Program-made: the position numbers and the translations under genes | NCBI GenBank assembly: GCA_963681965.1 | Contig: OY820579.1 | Span: 3,616,001-3,680,000 of the forward strand | Direction: 5' to 3' | Source: a bacterium | GTDB lineage: Bacteria; Electryoneota; JAOADG01 | Length of the DNA stretch: 64,000 bases | Notes under the pieces: generated by a model | Database searches by the model: none | Seen by the model: only the letters and a program-made list of their open reading frames with translations | What the model was told of the DNA's origin: nothing | Part shown: positions 9,306-20,140 of the stretch, piece after piece | Position numbering within the stretch: position 1 is the first letter of the stretch | How the letters are laid out: the number at the start of each line of letters is the position of its first letter

Positions 9306-11093
9306 TTGGTCTTATCGAATTGCAGGTTCAATTTGAGTTCTGAGTACCCGTATACACCCGATCCTTTTCACACCCCGCAACAACCTGTTCAACAGACAGT
9401 TGTAAATCGTCCGCCTCCCACCGATCCGAGAATATTTCACAAACGATTTCTCATTGTATCGTCAGTATTGCTACTCGTAGCGATTGCGTTCATCGCTTAC
9501 CCCTCGCAAAAAGGGGGCGAAACCTATATCCGGATTAATCAAGTTGGGTATCTCCCCGGTGAGACAAAAACTGCAATCATAATGTCGGTCAAGGATATCT
9601 CCGGAGCGAGCTTTCAAGTTCTGAATCAAAATTTAACGGAAGCATACAGCGGTAGTTTGAGCGATGATCGCGGTCCGTATTTGGCATTTCCACACCACTT
9701 CGTCGCGGATTTCAGCGCGTTACAGGAACCCGGTCGATATACGGTGTCGGCTAACGATAATAGTTCTCCTCCTTTTCGTATTGCGAAAGCGATTTATAGC
9801 GATGTCGTCGAAACCACACTCAAATTTTTCCGGATGCAGGAGTGTGGAAACATTAATAATGAATTCCGATCTCCCTGCCACCTAAAAGACGCAACTTCGG
9901 TGATTGGTGCTCAGACAACTATATCCAAACTTGATTTGGTCGGTTCGTGGCACGATGCTGGTGACTATACCAAATACCTTATTACAACCGCATACGCCAG
10001 TTATTTTCTTTTACTTAGTTATCACCAACAACATGCACTTTTGAAAAATGGGTCGCGAAACGTAGCTCAAGAAGCTTTAAATGAAGCAAGAGTGGGCACC
10101 GATTGGTTACTCAAATTGCATTACCAACCCGACCGATTGATCGTTCAGGTTTCCGATGCGCGCGATCACGATGTTGGTTGGCGACTACCCGAAAAAGATC
10201 GATTGGAGAACAATCGCCCGGCTTATGATGAACCTTCACGCGCAGTGTGCGGCATTTACGCAGCGACGATGGCGTTAGCTGCTAAAACTTTTGCCGAGGC
10301 AGGTGATCCAGCCTATGCAGCGAGGTGTTTACAACAGGCTCGGGAAGTATTCGATCTTGCCGATACTGGTATCCCCAATTATAGTGCGGTTGCAGAGCAG
10401 ATGTATTGCGACAAATCGTATCTCGACAATCTTACGCTGGGCGCAACGGAATTGTATCGAATGACCGGTGAACAAAAATATCTTACCCGGGCAATCGGTT
10501 GGTGCGATTCGCTGGAAATCATGCAGTGGTTATCTTGGGGAGATTTAGAGGGACTGGCATTTGCCCGAATTGGTCAGTATCATCCTCCCGCTTTTCAGCG
10601 CCTACATTTAGTTCTTTCCAAATTTGACGAAATTGCCAATTCGAATCCCTTTGGCTATCCACTCGAGTCGTATCCCTGGGGTTCGCTAGGTCAACAAACT
10701 GCAGTTGCAGCGATCGCACTGTTGTATCAGGAAAGTAGCGGACACACTGAGTTTACCAATTTGATCCTGAAACAACGCGATTTTCTACTGGGCTGCAACA
10801 GCCATGGAGTATCGTTTATCGGAGCAGTTGGTACCGAATACGTTCGCAATTTTCACCATCAGATCGCGATGATCAAAGGGAGTTCGCTACCGGGTGCTGT
10901 ATCGGAAGGGTATTGCGCGAAAAGTCTGATCCGGAAATACAATATCGAATTAAAAGATCCCGACCGGTTTGCCCGCTTCCAGACGCCTGATGTGGTCTAC
11001 TACGACGATCGCAACGATTACATCAGCAACGAACCGACGATCGTGACCAATGCCCAGACCGTCTATGTCCTGACCGCGTTTGTCACCAACTGA
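9306..11093 (+). CDS. Glycoside hydrolase family 9 with N-terminal Ig-like (CelD_N) domain and membrane anchor
   Basis: IRINQVGYLP, GSWHDAGDYTKY, HHQ and YYDDRNDYISNEPTI motifs. Start uncertain (TTG 9306 or 9333). Confidence 0.88.
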   Translation: MVLSNCRFNLSSEYPYTPDPFHTPQQPVQQTVVNRPPPTDPRIFHKRFLIVSSVLLLVAIAFIAYPSQKGGETYIRINQVGYLPGETKTAIIMSVKDISGASFQVLNQNLTEAYSGSLSDDRGPYLAFPHHFVADFSALQEPGRYTVSANDNSSPPFRIAKAIYSDVVETTLKFFRMQECGNINNEFRSPCHLKDATSVIGAQTTISKLDLVGSWHDAGDYTKYLITTAYASYFLLLSYHQQHALLKNGSRNVAQEALNEARVGTDWLLKLHYQPDRLIVQVSDARDHDVGWRLPEKDRLENNRPAYDEPSRAVCGIYAATMALAAKTFAEAGDPAYAARCLQQAREVFDLADTGIPNYSAVAEQMYCDKSYLDNLTLGATELYRMTGEQKYLTRAIGWCDSLEIMQWLSWGDLEGLAFARIGQYHPPAFQRLHLVLSKFDEIANSNPFGYPLESYPWGSLGQQTAVAAIALLYQESSGHTEFTNLILKQRDFLLGCNSHGVSFIGAVGTEYVRNFHHQIAMIKGSSLPGAVSEGYCAKSLIRKYNIELKDPDRFARFQTPDVVYYDDRNDYISNEPTIVTNAQTVYVLTAFVTN

Positions 11094-11111
11094 GCTATTA
11101 TCCAATCCAAA

Positions 11112-11139
11112 AAAACGACGATCGCGGGATCGTCGTTTT
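11112..11139. terminator. Bidirectional intrinsic terminator
   Basis: AAAACGACGATC-GCGG-GATCGTCGTTTT between the convergent GH9 and asd genes. Confidence 0.8.
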
Positions 11140-11160
11140 CATTTTAGTCGAATTTCATGT

Positions 11161-12159
11161 CTAGGAAAAAAGTAATTGCGCAATCCGATAGGCGTTCGTT
11201 ACTGCACCGACGCGCACGTTATCTGCAACGACCCAGAGCGACACTCGTCGGCGATCTTCCCGGTCCGATCGAATTCGACCGACAAATACGTCGTCGGAAC
11301 CGACCGCTTCGAGCGGCGTTGGTAACCGGTCTCCGGCAAGTTCATCACGAACAACTAGACCGGGTTCACTGCGCAAGATTTCGATCAAATCATTTCGATC
11401 TAGCGGTTTCAGCAACTTCAGATGTACCGCTTCCCCATGACCGATTGCGACGGGAACCCGCACGCAAGTCGCTTGAACGGGAAGAGACAATAATTCGAAT
11501 ATTTTGCGCGTCTCGTTTCGCATCTTTGTTTCTTCGAAAGTATTCCCTTCTTCGTCGGGACTCGCGATCCATGGCACGACATTCGCATCGATCCGCTCGC
11601 GAAAAACCTTCACTTCATTCGATCCCGCACGCTGTGCTTCCCACTCCGCCAAACCGCCGCGCCCACTCCCCGATACCGATTGATACGTCGCCACGGAAAT
11701 CTCTTCAATCCCAATCGCTAACAGTGGTCGCAATGCACGCACCATTTGAATCGTTGAACAGTTGGGATTCGCAATCCATCCGCGATGTTGCTTTGTCGCA
11801 TGGGGGTTCACTTCCGGCACGATTAACGGTACATCCGGGTCCATCCGGTATGCCGACGAGTTGTCGATAACAATCGCACCGAGCGAATGCCACAAGTCGT
11901 GCGACTGCTTCGTGACGGCATTCGAACAGAATCCAAATAAGAGATCGAATGAGCGATCAAGTGCTGACGCATCTTTGACAATCAGCGAGGAAGCGCCATA
12001 CTGTAACGATTTTCCGGCAGAATGAGCCGTGGCAAATCCGGCGATTTTTTCGACCGGATGACCATGTTCCGCCAACAGCGCGAGCATCGCCGTACCGACT
12101 GTTCCGGTAACTCCAGCGATGGCAATCCTGCAGTCAATCAATTTTTTTACATCAGCCAT
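11161..12159 (-). CDS. asd: Aspartate-semialdehyde dehydrogenase
   Basis: GVTGTVG, IDNSSAYRM, VPEVN, NPNCST, TYQSVSGSG, ATCVRVPV and DNVRVGA motifs. Confidence 0.93.
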   Translation of the reverse strand: MADVKKLIDCRIAIAGVTGTVGTAMLALLAEHGHPVEKIAGFATAHSAGKSLQYGASSLIVKDASALDRSFDLLFGFCSNAVTKQSHDLWHSLGAIVIDNSSAYRMDPDVPLIVPEVNPHATKQHRGWIANPNCSTIQMVRALRPLLAIGIEEISVATYQSVSGSGRGGLAEWEAQRAGSNEVKVFRERIDANVVPWIASPDEEGNTFEETKMRNETRKIFELLSLPVQATCVRVPVAIGHGEAVHLKLLKPLDRNDLIEILRSEPGLVVRDELAGDRLPTPLEAVGSDDVFVGRIRSDREDRRRVSLWVVADNVRVGAVTNAYRIAQLLFS

Positions 12160-12225
12160 GCAGTATACTCATTTCTATCTTCTATAATATAAGTATACCG
12201 ATCCATTAGACAAGACGTTCCATCG

Positions 12226-13749
12226 CTACCGGTCAAGACACCGGTACTGGATTGCTTCGGCAATGTGAACCGCAGTAATGGTAGGCTCACCGGATAGGTC
12301 GGCAATCGTGCGCGAGACCCGCAAGATTCGATCGTGTGTTCGTGCCGATAACCCCAGTCGCGCAAAAGCTTCTCGAAGGAGTTCCATTCCTGCTGGTTCC
12401 GGTTCGCAATATTTTTGAATATCGCGTGTGCCGAGATCGGAGTTGCGGTAGACACCTTTGCGGTGCGCGTAGCGTTCCAACTGTAAGGTTCTCGCCGATT
12501 GCACTCTGACTCTTACGACAGACGATTCTTCACCCGGTTTCAATTGTGCCAATTCCTGAGGGGTTACTCCCGGCACTTCAATCTGCATGTCAATTCGATC
12601 GAGTAATGGTCCCGACAATTTCCTCCGGTAGCGCAACACTTCGGCAGGACTGCATCGGCACTCCTTGCGATGATCACCGAGAAATCCACACGGGCATGGA
12701 TTCATCGCTGCAACCAACATGAATCGTGACGGAAATGTCAGCGAAGTTTGAGCGCGGGAAATTGTAATTTTACCGTCTTCCAGCGGTTGACGGAGTAATT
12801 CCAATACGGCAGCAGAGAATTCCGGAAACTCATCCAGAAACAGCACGCCGTGATGAGCAAGCGACACTTCTCCCGGTCGAGGATAAGCGCCACCACCAAC
12901 GAGACCGGCATCGCTAATGGAGTGGTGGGGATTTCGAAACGGTCGCGCGGGCAGGATACCGGCATCCACCGGAAGCTGTCCCGAAACAGAGTGAATTCGC
13001 GTCGCTTCAAGCGCTTCTTCGAGACTCCATTCCGGTAGAATAGTCGGCAACCGTTTCGCCAACATCGTTTTTCCGGAACCGGGAGGACCGATGAAAAGAA
13101 GATTGTGTCCACCAGCCGCTGCGATCTCTAATGCCCGCTTGGCAGTGAATTGACCCTTTACATCGCTCAGATCGACATCGTAATGTCGCGAATCGGCAAA
13201 TGCTGTCCGCTTATCGACTACTACCGGCATCAATTGAGTCATCCCATTCATAAACTCTGCCGCTGTTTGCAAAGAATCGACCGAATAGACTTCGATACCA
13301 TCGATCATGGCGGCTTCACGCGCATTCTCCCTTGGTACGATTACACCGCGCATCCCCTGCTGTCGTGCCATCAATGCGATCGACAACACTCCTTGTATCG
13401 GTCGAACGGTCCCATCCAACGACAGCTCGCCCACCGTAACAAATTCATTGAGTGCTTCGCCCCGCAACTGACCCGTTGCCGCCAATACTGCCAGTGCTAT
13501 CGGTAAATCGAATCCACTCCCCTCTTTGTGTCGGTCGGCAGGCGCAAGATTGACAATGCACCGTTTCAACGGGAAGATGAAACCGGAATTTTTGATAGCA
13601 GCAGGAACACGTTCTTTCGCTTCCCGTACCCCTTGATCGGGTAAACCGACAATCACCACTGCCGGCAACACCGCTTCCAGATGTACTTCCACCGGAACGC
13701 GAATCGCGTCGATGCCATTTAATGCGGCTGAAAAGGCAAGTCCGAGCAT
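12226..13749 (-). CDS. comM: YifB/ComM Mg-chelatase-like AAA+ ATPase
   Basis: VGLPD, VNLAPAD, GELSLDG, GPPGSGKT, PGEVSLAHHGVLFLDE and AAMNPCPCG motifs. Confidence 0.93.
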   Translation of the reverse strand: MLGLAFSAALNGIDAIRVPVEVHLEAVLPAVVIVGLPDQGVREAKERVPAAIKNSGFIFPLKRCIVNLAPADRHKEGSGFDLPIALAVLAATGQLRGEALNEFVTVGELSLDGTVRPIQGVLSIALMARQQGMRGVIVPRENAREAAMIDGIEVYSVDSLQTAAEFMNGMTQLMPVVVDKRTAFADSRHYDVDLSDVKGQFTAKRALEIAAAGGHNLLFIGPPGSGKTMLAKRLPTILPEWSLEEALEATRIHSVSGQLPVDAGILPARPFRNPHHSISDAGLVGGGAYPRPGEVSLAHHGVLFLDEFPEFSAAVLELLRQPLEDGKITISRAQTSLTFPSRFMLVAAMNPCPCGFLGDHRKECRCSPAEVLRYRRKLSGPLLDRIDMQIEVPGVTPQELAQLKPGEESSVVRVRVQSARTLQLERYAHRKGVYRNSDLGTRDIQKYCEPEPAGMELLREAFARLGLSARTHDRILRVSRTIADLSGEPTITAVHIAEAIQYRCLDR

Positions 13750-13900
13750 ATTTCACCTTGGTTGTTATTTCCGGTAAAATAATACTATCTATATAAGTTA
13801 TTCAAGAATAAATAATCTATTTATAAGATTCATCAATATAATGCATAATTCTGTAACGATAGTATCGTAATTTTAAAAATATCAGTAAACTAGGTTCAAA

Positions 13901-14665
13901 TTAGTGAGATCGTAAACCGATGAATGCCACGGCGGGATCGACGGTTGTGCGGTCGCGGCGATAGGAAGAATGGATTGGTGAGCAGCGCGAGCAAATACCC
14001 GCATCTTCGATATTCTTATCGGGTACACCTACACTCGACAACTGGTTTCGAACGGTTGCAATCAAATCGGCATACCAACTCCCGTCGCGCTGTACAACCG
14101 ATTCGGAAGGAAATTGTTCGAGAATGTCTTCACCAATCTCAAAACAATCTACTCGAATGCCAGGACCGATACCCACCTCTATTTCAGATGGTGAAATTTG
14201 ATATTGATTAACAGCATGCTCAATCATTTTCGAGGGAAGTCCGGCAACAATGCCTCGCCAGCCACAGTGCGCAACCCCTACCGCCGGAACCGTGGGTGCA
14301 TAATAATAGAGCGGTAGACAGTCGGCATGAGTCGTGCAAAGCAGTAGATTCTCTGCACTTGTCCACATTCCGTCGGTCTGCTCGATTGCATTGTGCTTTT
14401 CGAAGGCACCTCGACCTGCATCATCTTCCAATACTTCTTCGACCTTCACGCCATGCACCAGATCGCCCCAGACCGTGCGGTCGAGCTGCCAATCGAATTG
14501 CGAAAAGAGATTTTTGCGCAGAATCAGACACGCTGCCGGATCGCCACGTTTCATCGACATCCCTCCATCTTCGCGACGCGAGAAGCCGACAATTATTTCG
14601 GAATGGGATTCGAACCGATCTAATCCGGGAGCGATGATTTTCAGGAAGGAGTTCACTTCTGACAT
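13901..14665 (-). CDS. pgeF: PgeF/YfiH-family peptidoglycan editing factor (purine nucleoside phosphorylase-like)
   Basis: VHG, ADCLP, AHCGWRG, IGPGI and SYRRD motifs. Start moved to ATG 14665 (MSEVNS), overlapping the mutM end. Confidence 0.85.
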   Translation of the reverse strand: MSEVNSFLKIIAPGLDRFESHSEIIVGFSRREDGGMSMKRGDPAACLILRKNLFSQFDWQLDRTVWGDLVHGVKVEEVLEDDAGRGAFEKHNAIEQTDGMWTSAENLLLCTTHADCLPLYYYAPTVPAVGVAHCGWRGIVAGLPSKMIEHAVNQYQISPSEIEVGIGPGIRVDCFEIGEDILEQFPSESVVQRDGSWYADLIATVRNQLSSVGVPDKNIEDAGICSRCSPIHSSYRRDRTTVDPAVAFIGLRSH

Positions 14666-15453
14666 TTTGGACAGTGGTAAGTACCGCGATTGTGGTGCAT
14701 TCGTTTTTCTATGAGTGAGCCGCAATTCCGGCACGGTTTTCCAGCGCGGTCATAGACTCCAAGTTGGAGCTGGTAATTCCCCGGTTTCCCGTCGGCACCG
14801 CGAAAATCGGAGAATGTCGTCCCTTCGGCGGCAATTGCTTCCGCCATCACATCTTGGATCGCTTGATTAATTCGCTCCGCTTCGCCTTTCTTGACACGAT
14901 TCGCCGGTCGATAGGGCGATATTCCGGCACGAAAACAGATCTCGCAAGCGTAGATATTGCCAATACCGGCAAGAAATTTCTGATCGAGTAAAACATCTTT
15001 CAATGCCACCGAGCGTTGTTTAAATTTTGTAAATAGATCGGAAAAAGTGTAACGATCATTCACAGCATCAACTAAATTGGCAACGGCTTCAGGAATCGCC
15101 GGGTAACAGGCAACCCGCCCCAGAGTACGAGTATCGTCGAACCAGAGCTGCTTGCCATCGTCGAGGAGAAATTCGATCCGGGCAAATTTCGGTTGTTCGT
15201 TTCCAATCAGAAGTCGACCGGTCATGCGCAAATGAAAGTGCAGAAACTTACCGTTGTCCAATTCGTAGAAGAGATATTTACCGATTCGGTGCGAACGCAC
15301 AATTTTTCGATTAACCAGCATCGTCGAGAACTTTTTCGGTGTGGGCGTTTCGACGATACGAGGTAACAAAAGCCGCACCGATACAATGGTGCGGCTGATC
15401 AAAGACGGTTCCAATTTTCTGCGAATGGATTCGACTTCAGGCAATTCAGGCAT
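14653..15453 (-). CDS. mutM: Formamidopyrimidine-DNA glycosylase
   Basis: MPELPEVE, HLRMTG, LLDQKFLAGIGNIY and a C-terminal C4 zinc finger. Confidence 0.96.
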   Translation of the reverse strand: MPELPEVESIRRKLEPSLISRTIVSVRLLLPRIVETPTPKKFSTMLVNRKIVRSHRIGKYLFYELDNGKFLHFHLRMTGRLLIGNEQPKFARIEFLLDDGKQLWFDDTRTLGRVACYPAIPEAVANLVDAVNDRYTFSDLFTKFKQRSVALKDVLLDQKFLAGIGNIYACEICFRAGISPYRPANRVKKGEAERINQAIQDVMAEAIAAEGTTFSDFRGADGKPGNYQLQLGVYDRAGKPCRNCGSLIEKRMHHNRGTYHCPKCQK

Positions 15454-15465
15454 TCAAAATTCCGA

Positions 15466-15963
15466 CTAGTAGTGATGCGGAACGTAATTCGCCGGGCACC
15501 GTTTGCCAATCTCACAAGCGAGATATTCGAGAAATACGCGATCTTCTTCATTGAATGCGTTCAGTTGATCGCCATCGATATCGATTTCACCGATCACATC
15601 GAATTGTGGATTGCCACCCCGATAGATCGGAACCACGATTTCCGATTTCGTATCCAGAAAGCATTGGAGATAGCGCGGATCGCGGGAGACATCGGGTACA
15701 ATAATCGTTTCGCCATTGTAAGCAGCCAATCCGCAAATCCCCTGACCAACCGGAATTGCTGTGTGGTCGGTAGCGGCAGGACCTTTCCAGGCACCTAGAT
15801 ACAGAACGCCATTATAAACCCAATACATTCCAATCCAGGTGTAAGTTGGGTGGGAAATCAACATATCGGTAATAATCTGAGTATAATTGTGAAACTGATC
15901 CGGATCGCTGTTTAAAGGAAATTCCAGAACAAATTGCCACTGATTCTCATCCATATTATTCAA
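15466..15963 (-). CDS. Stand-alone GAF protein, free methionine-R-sulfoxide reductase (MsrC/YebR)-like
   Basis: WIGMY, GQGICG, YLQC, SEIVVP and GEIDID motifs. Confidence 0.8.
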   Translation of the reverse strand: MNNMDENQWQFVLEFPLNSDPDQFHNYTQIITDMLISHPTYTWIGMYWVYNGVLYLGAWKGPAATDHTAIPVGQGICGLAAYNGETIIVPDVSRDPRYLQCFLDTKSEIVVPIYRGGNPQFDVIGEIDIDGDQLNAFNEEDRVFLEYLACEIGKRCPANYVPHHY

Positions 15964-15978
15964 AGCTCCAGTTAAACA

Positions 15979-18597
15979 TTACTGAGGTGATTCAATCTCC
16001 TCTGATAACGGTAATAAATGTAATGAAGTTCCGTCTGCGGACAAATCTACTTTCACTCCAGCCGCTTGGGCAAGTGTTCCAGAAATCAAAATATCTGCCA
16101 ATGGATCCAGCAACGAATCCTGAATAGCCCGTTTTAACGGGCGTGCGCCGTATTCGGTGGTCGTGCCGATCTGAACTAGATATTGCTTCGCAGTATCACT
16201 TACTTCCATCGTAAGTCCCATTGGCTCAATTCGTTCCCGCACGTGATTCAGTTGTAACTCTAGAATATCACTGAGGTGTTTTGCCGAAAGTGGGTGGAAA
16301 AAGACGATTTCATCCAACCGATTTAGGAACTCCGGTCGGAGGAGACGGCGTAGTTGTGAAATTACCTGCTGTTCGATGCTACTCGGCAGATCGCGTTCGG
16401 GATTTTCCCGGAGGTACTCGCCGATGATATCGCTACCGATATTCGATGTGAAAATAATCACGGTATTTTCAAAATGTGCCGTATGACCCTGATTGTCCGT
16501 CAAACGTCCATCATCCAAGACTTGCAGCAATAGATTGAATACTTGCGGGTGGGCTTTCTCGGCTTCGTCGAACAACACGACTGAATACGGTCGTCGTCGA
16601 ACCGCTTCCGTCAGTTGTCCTCCCTCGTCGTACCCAACATAACCGGGAGGTGCGCCAATCAGCCGCGCGACACTGTGTTGCTCAGTGTATTCGGACAAAT
16701 CGATCCGGATCATTGCTGATTCGTCGGTAAACAGCTCTTCCGCCAATGCCTTTGCTAATTCTGTTTTTCCTACACCCGTCGAACCGAGGAAAAAGAAACT
16801 GCCGATCGGGCGATTCTTCTCGGACAATCCCGCCCGCGAGCGCCGGATCGCATTCGACACCGCACGGATTGCTTTATCTTGACCGACTACACGGTTGTGT
16901 AAGCGTTGTTCCAATTCCAACAATCGGTGTTTTTCCGTCTCCAGCATCTTCGATATCGGAATTCCAGTCATCCGGGAAATTACCTGAGCGATATCGTCTT
17001 CACCCACTGCATCCGGCAGTAATGGTGCTTCCCGACCTTTGCTTTCAAGCCGTGCTTTCGCTTCGGTTAGTTCGGATTGTGCTTTCGGAATCAGCCCGTA
17101 TTTCAGTTCAGCCGCACGATCTAAATTGCCGGTTCGCGTCGTCTGCTCTTCCTCTATTTTCAATTTCTCGATCCGCTCGGTAACGGAGCTAATCGCGGAC
17201 AAGACTTCTTTTTCGCGCGACCAGCGCTCGGACAGATCGGCATTTTCCTGCTGTAGTTTCGCGATCTCGCGCTCGATTTCATGCATCTGATGCGTCGCTT
17301 CGGAACCTTTCCCGATCGCAGCTTTCTCGATCTCCAGTTGTCGCAATTGCCGATGTACCGAATCGATTTCTTCGGGAACGCTATCGAGTTCGATGCGCAA
17401 TCGGGCACACGCCTCATCCACCAAATCGATTGCCTTGTCCGGCAAACGGCGATCCGGTAAATAGCGGTGCGACAGCTTCGCGGCTGCTACCAGTGCTTCA
17501 TCGTGAATCGTGACACCGTGGTGGACTTCATACCGCTCCTTCAGTCCCCGCAAGATGGCGACGGTTTCAGCGACGCCCGGCTCTTCGATCAATACTGTCT
17601 GAAAACGGCGGGCGAGTGCAGGATCTTTCTCAATGTTCTTGCGGTATTCGTCGATGGTCGTTGCACCAATGCAGCGTAAATCACCGCGTGCGAGTGGCGG
17701 TTTCAAAATATCGGCGGCACCCACTGCCCCTTCGGCATTACCGGCACTCACAACCGTGTGAATTTCATCGACGAACAGTAGGATGTGACCTTTGGAATTG
17801 ACCACTTCCTTGATGACCGCTTTCAGGCGCTCTTCGAATTCGCCGCGATATTTTGCACCAGCAGTCAGCGCAGCGATATCGAGGCTGATAATTTTTCGTT
17901 TCTTCAGCGATTCCGGCACATCGCCCGTGACGATCCGATGCGCGATTCCTTCGGCGATGGCAGTCTTGCCGACCCCTGCTTCACCGATCAGCAGCGGATT
18001 GTTTTTGATCCGCTTCGACAATACTTGCAGGACGCGCCTGATCTCCTCGTCGCGTCCGATCACTGGATCGAGTTTACCGGCTGCCGCCAGTTCCGTTAAG
18101 TCGCGACCATATTTCTTCAGCGCATTGAGCTTGGCTTCCGGTTCTTCATCGACCACCCGGGCACTACCCCTTACTTTAGAAAGCGCTTCGAGGATCTTAT
18201 CAGTAGTGATTCCAAGTTCGCGTAGGATTCGCGACGCATTGCCATTCGCTTCCGCCAATGCGAGTAGCAAGTGTTCGGTGGAAACGTAGTCGTCGCTCAG
18301 TTTAGCTGCCCACGCCCCCGATTTCGGCAGGAGATCAACCAGATCGCGTCCGAGCTGAACTTCGTTTTCCCCTTGGACAATACTCTTTTTGTCGATCGCG
18401 CTGCTCAATTTCTTTGCCAGCAGTACCCGATCGACCGCCATTTGCGACAATAATTGAGTGACGATCCCCTGATCGTCGGCGAATAGCGCCGTGAGCAATT
18501 CTTCGCCATCGACGGAGGGGGTTCCCCGCTTTTTCGCAAGTGCAATGGCAGTTTCCAGCGCTTCCCGCGCTTTGGTCGTCAGTTTTTCGTTCGCCAT
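15979..18597 (-). CDS. clpB: Chaperone ClpB
   Basis: Clp N-domain, two AAA modules ([16 protein letters not shown]), long coiled-coil middle domain, 872 aa. Confidence 0.95.
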   Translation of the reverse strand: MANEKLTTKAREALETAIALAKKRGTPSVDGEELLTALFADDQGIVTQLLSQMAVDRVLLAKKLSSAIDKKSIVQGENEVQLGRDLVDLLPKSGAWAAKLSDDYVSTEHLLLALAEANGNASRILRELGITTDKILEALSKVRGSARVVDEEPEAKLNALKKYGRDLTELAAAGKLDPVIGRDEEIRRVLQVLSKRIKNNPLLIGEAGVGKTAIAEGIAHRIVTGDVPESLKKRKIISLDIAALTAGAKYRGEFEERLKAVIKEVVNSKGHILLFVDEIHTVVSAGNAEGAVGAADILKPPLARGDLRCIGATTIDEYRKNIEKDPALARRFQTVLIEEPGVAETVAILRGLKERYEVHHGVTIHDEALVAAAKLSHRYLPDRRLPDKAIDLVDEACARLRIELDSVPEEIDSVHRQLRQLEIEKAAIGKGSEATHQMHEIEREIAKLQQENADLSERWSREKEVLSAISSVTERIEKLKIEEEQTTRTGNLDRAAELKYGLIPKAQSELTEAKARLESKGREAPLLPDAVGEDDIAQVISRMTGIPISKMLETEKHRLLELEQRLHNRVVGQDKAIRAVSNAIRRSRAGLSEKNRPIGSFFFLGSTGVGKTELAKALAEELFTDESAMIRIDLSEYTEQHSVARLIGAPPGYVGYDEGGQLTEAVRRRPYSVVLFDEAEKAHPQVFNLLLQVLDDGRLTDNQGHTAHFENTVIIFTSNIGSDIIGEYLRENPERDLPSSIEQQVISQLRRLLRPEFLNRLDEIVFFHPLSAKHLSDILELQLNHVRERIEPMGLTMEVSDTAKQYLVQIGTTTEYGARPLKRAIQDSLLDPLADILISGTLAQAAGVKVDLSADGTSLHLLPLSEEIESPQ

Positions 18598-18721
18598 AGT
18601 GGTAGACTTTCGAGATATAACTCATTAACTACTATATAATACGAGTGTGTGGGGAGTTCGGGCAAGGGAACGGGCGCGGCAGTTTACTTTTGTTTTTTTA
18701 TTAAATTCTTTTTATCCTGAA

Positions 18722-18978
18722 GTAGGGGCGACCCTCCGCGGTCTCCCGCTCTTGTATCTTGTTTCTTGTGTCCTGTATCCTGATCTGTCGTTGCGAATGC
18801 GCCGAATGGCGCATGTGGCAACCTACTTGTGTTTTTTTAAAAATTCCTGTATCCTAAAGTAGTAGGGGTGGATCCCCGCATCCGCCCGTTTTTTTAATCT
18901 TTTTGTATCTTTTCCCATCACCCACAACCCACCACCCAATCCCCATCCTGCAGGTGGTCAGTACAAGTTCAGACCTGC
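18722..18978. repeat. Mosaic cluster of REP-like palindromes (cluster A)
   Basis: GTAGGGGCGACCCTCCGCGGTCTCCCGC, GTTGCGAATGCGCCGAATGGCGCATGTGGCAAC, GTAGGGGTGGATCCCCGCATCCGCCC, a CA-rich tract and GGTCAGTACAAGTTCAGACC. Each has a counterpart in 44749-45540. Confidence 0.8.
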
Positions 18979-19030
18979 GGAATTACCATTGTTAACGGGA
19001 AATTTTTCGAGTTCCGAAATGAACGAGTAT

Positions 19031-19580
19031 TTATTTCAACACCGTAATTTTCGAGTCTGTATCGAAATTCCTTGTGCGAGCTGAATCAAATAAGTACCCG
19101 ACGATAGCGACCGACCATCGAAATTCAATCGATAACTTCCGGGCTGCCGGTATCCACGATAAAGTGTACCGATCTCGCGACCCTGCAGGTCGAACACCGT
19201 CAGATTGATCGCTCCGCCAGTCGGCAGAGAATACGAAATCGAAGTAGATGAATTGAACGGATTCGGATAATTCGGATGTAGAATCATGCTGCTTGGAACC
19301 GAAAGAGATTTTTTATCGTCGAAGATCAGAAAATAATTATGACTTCGTCAACAGAAATTCAGCTATCAACCCCGGCGATAAAGGCGTAACCCGATTCTAC
19401 CGCAACATTACGGTCGAAATAATATCTTGGTAACACCACTGCACCAATCCGATGCAGCCCCGGCGTGGGTTGGGCATACCCCGATTCCGCACACACGAGA
19501 TTGAGCAACAGCAACCACAGCAACAAATTTACCCGCTTGAGTGAAGAAATATATGAGTGAATGCGAAAATTTCGATTCAT
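19031..19580 (-). pseudogene. Degraded LVIVD-repeat/T9SS-like CTD gene
   Basis: Signal peptide plus one LVIVD-like unit (VAVESGYAFIA) ends in a stop at 19359. A separate NYPNPFN CTD fragment spans 19287-19036. One missing A turns the expected ..RKITVLK* into RKLRC*. Confidence 0.7.
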
Positions 19581-19582
19581 GA

Positions 19583-20140
19583 TTAGGGATTCAAATAGGG
19601 CAAGTCTTCATCATGCTCAAATACAATTTTTTCACAATTAATATAAAGACAGTCATTAATAATGGCAATTACTAAAACAAATATACCAACAAAAAATACA
19701 AGCAAACTATATTGACGTTGATGAAAATTTGAACAATAACCGAGTAAAAGTGCAGCAAAAATTGCCCATGACGTACAATATAGGAAATGACACTGGTCTG
19801 CCCACTCGATCATATTTACTTGAATATTATTTTTTTTTAATTTATTAACCCAGCTATCTATAGATTGTTGGTGCATCGAACTATCTATATTACAATATAT
19901 AAGACAAAATTTATGAGTAATATAAGTACCTATTGCTCTATGTATTGAATAGATCAAACTTCCAACTCCAATTATGAGAAATAGAAAACCTGAAGCTATG
20001 AATACATTATCGAGACTTTTCGTAAAGAATAAATCAGGCTCAACATCAAATGATATAAATAAAGCGACGAAATAAAACATCCCACCAAAACCATACCGCA
20101 GTAATTGATTTAGATTAAACATATTCATATTATTCTCCAA
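19583..20140 (-). CDS. AT-rich hypothetical membrane protein (about 4 TM)
   Basis: 185-aa ORF, markedly lower GC than its neighbours, with hydrophobic segments. Confidence 0.65.
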   Translation of the reverse strand: MENNMNMFNLNQLLRYGFGGMFYFVALFISFDVEPDLFFTKSLDNVFIASGFLFLIIGVGSLIYSIHRAIGTYITHKFCLIYCNIDSSMHQQSIDSWVNKLKKNNIQVNMIEWADQCHFLYCTSWAIFAALLLGYCSNFHQRQYSLLVFFVGIFVLVIAIINDCLYINCEKIVFEHDEDLPYLNP

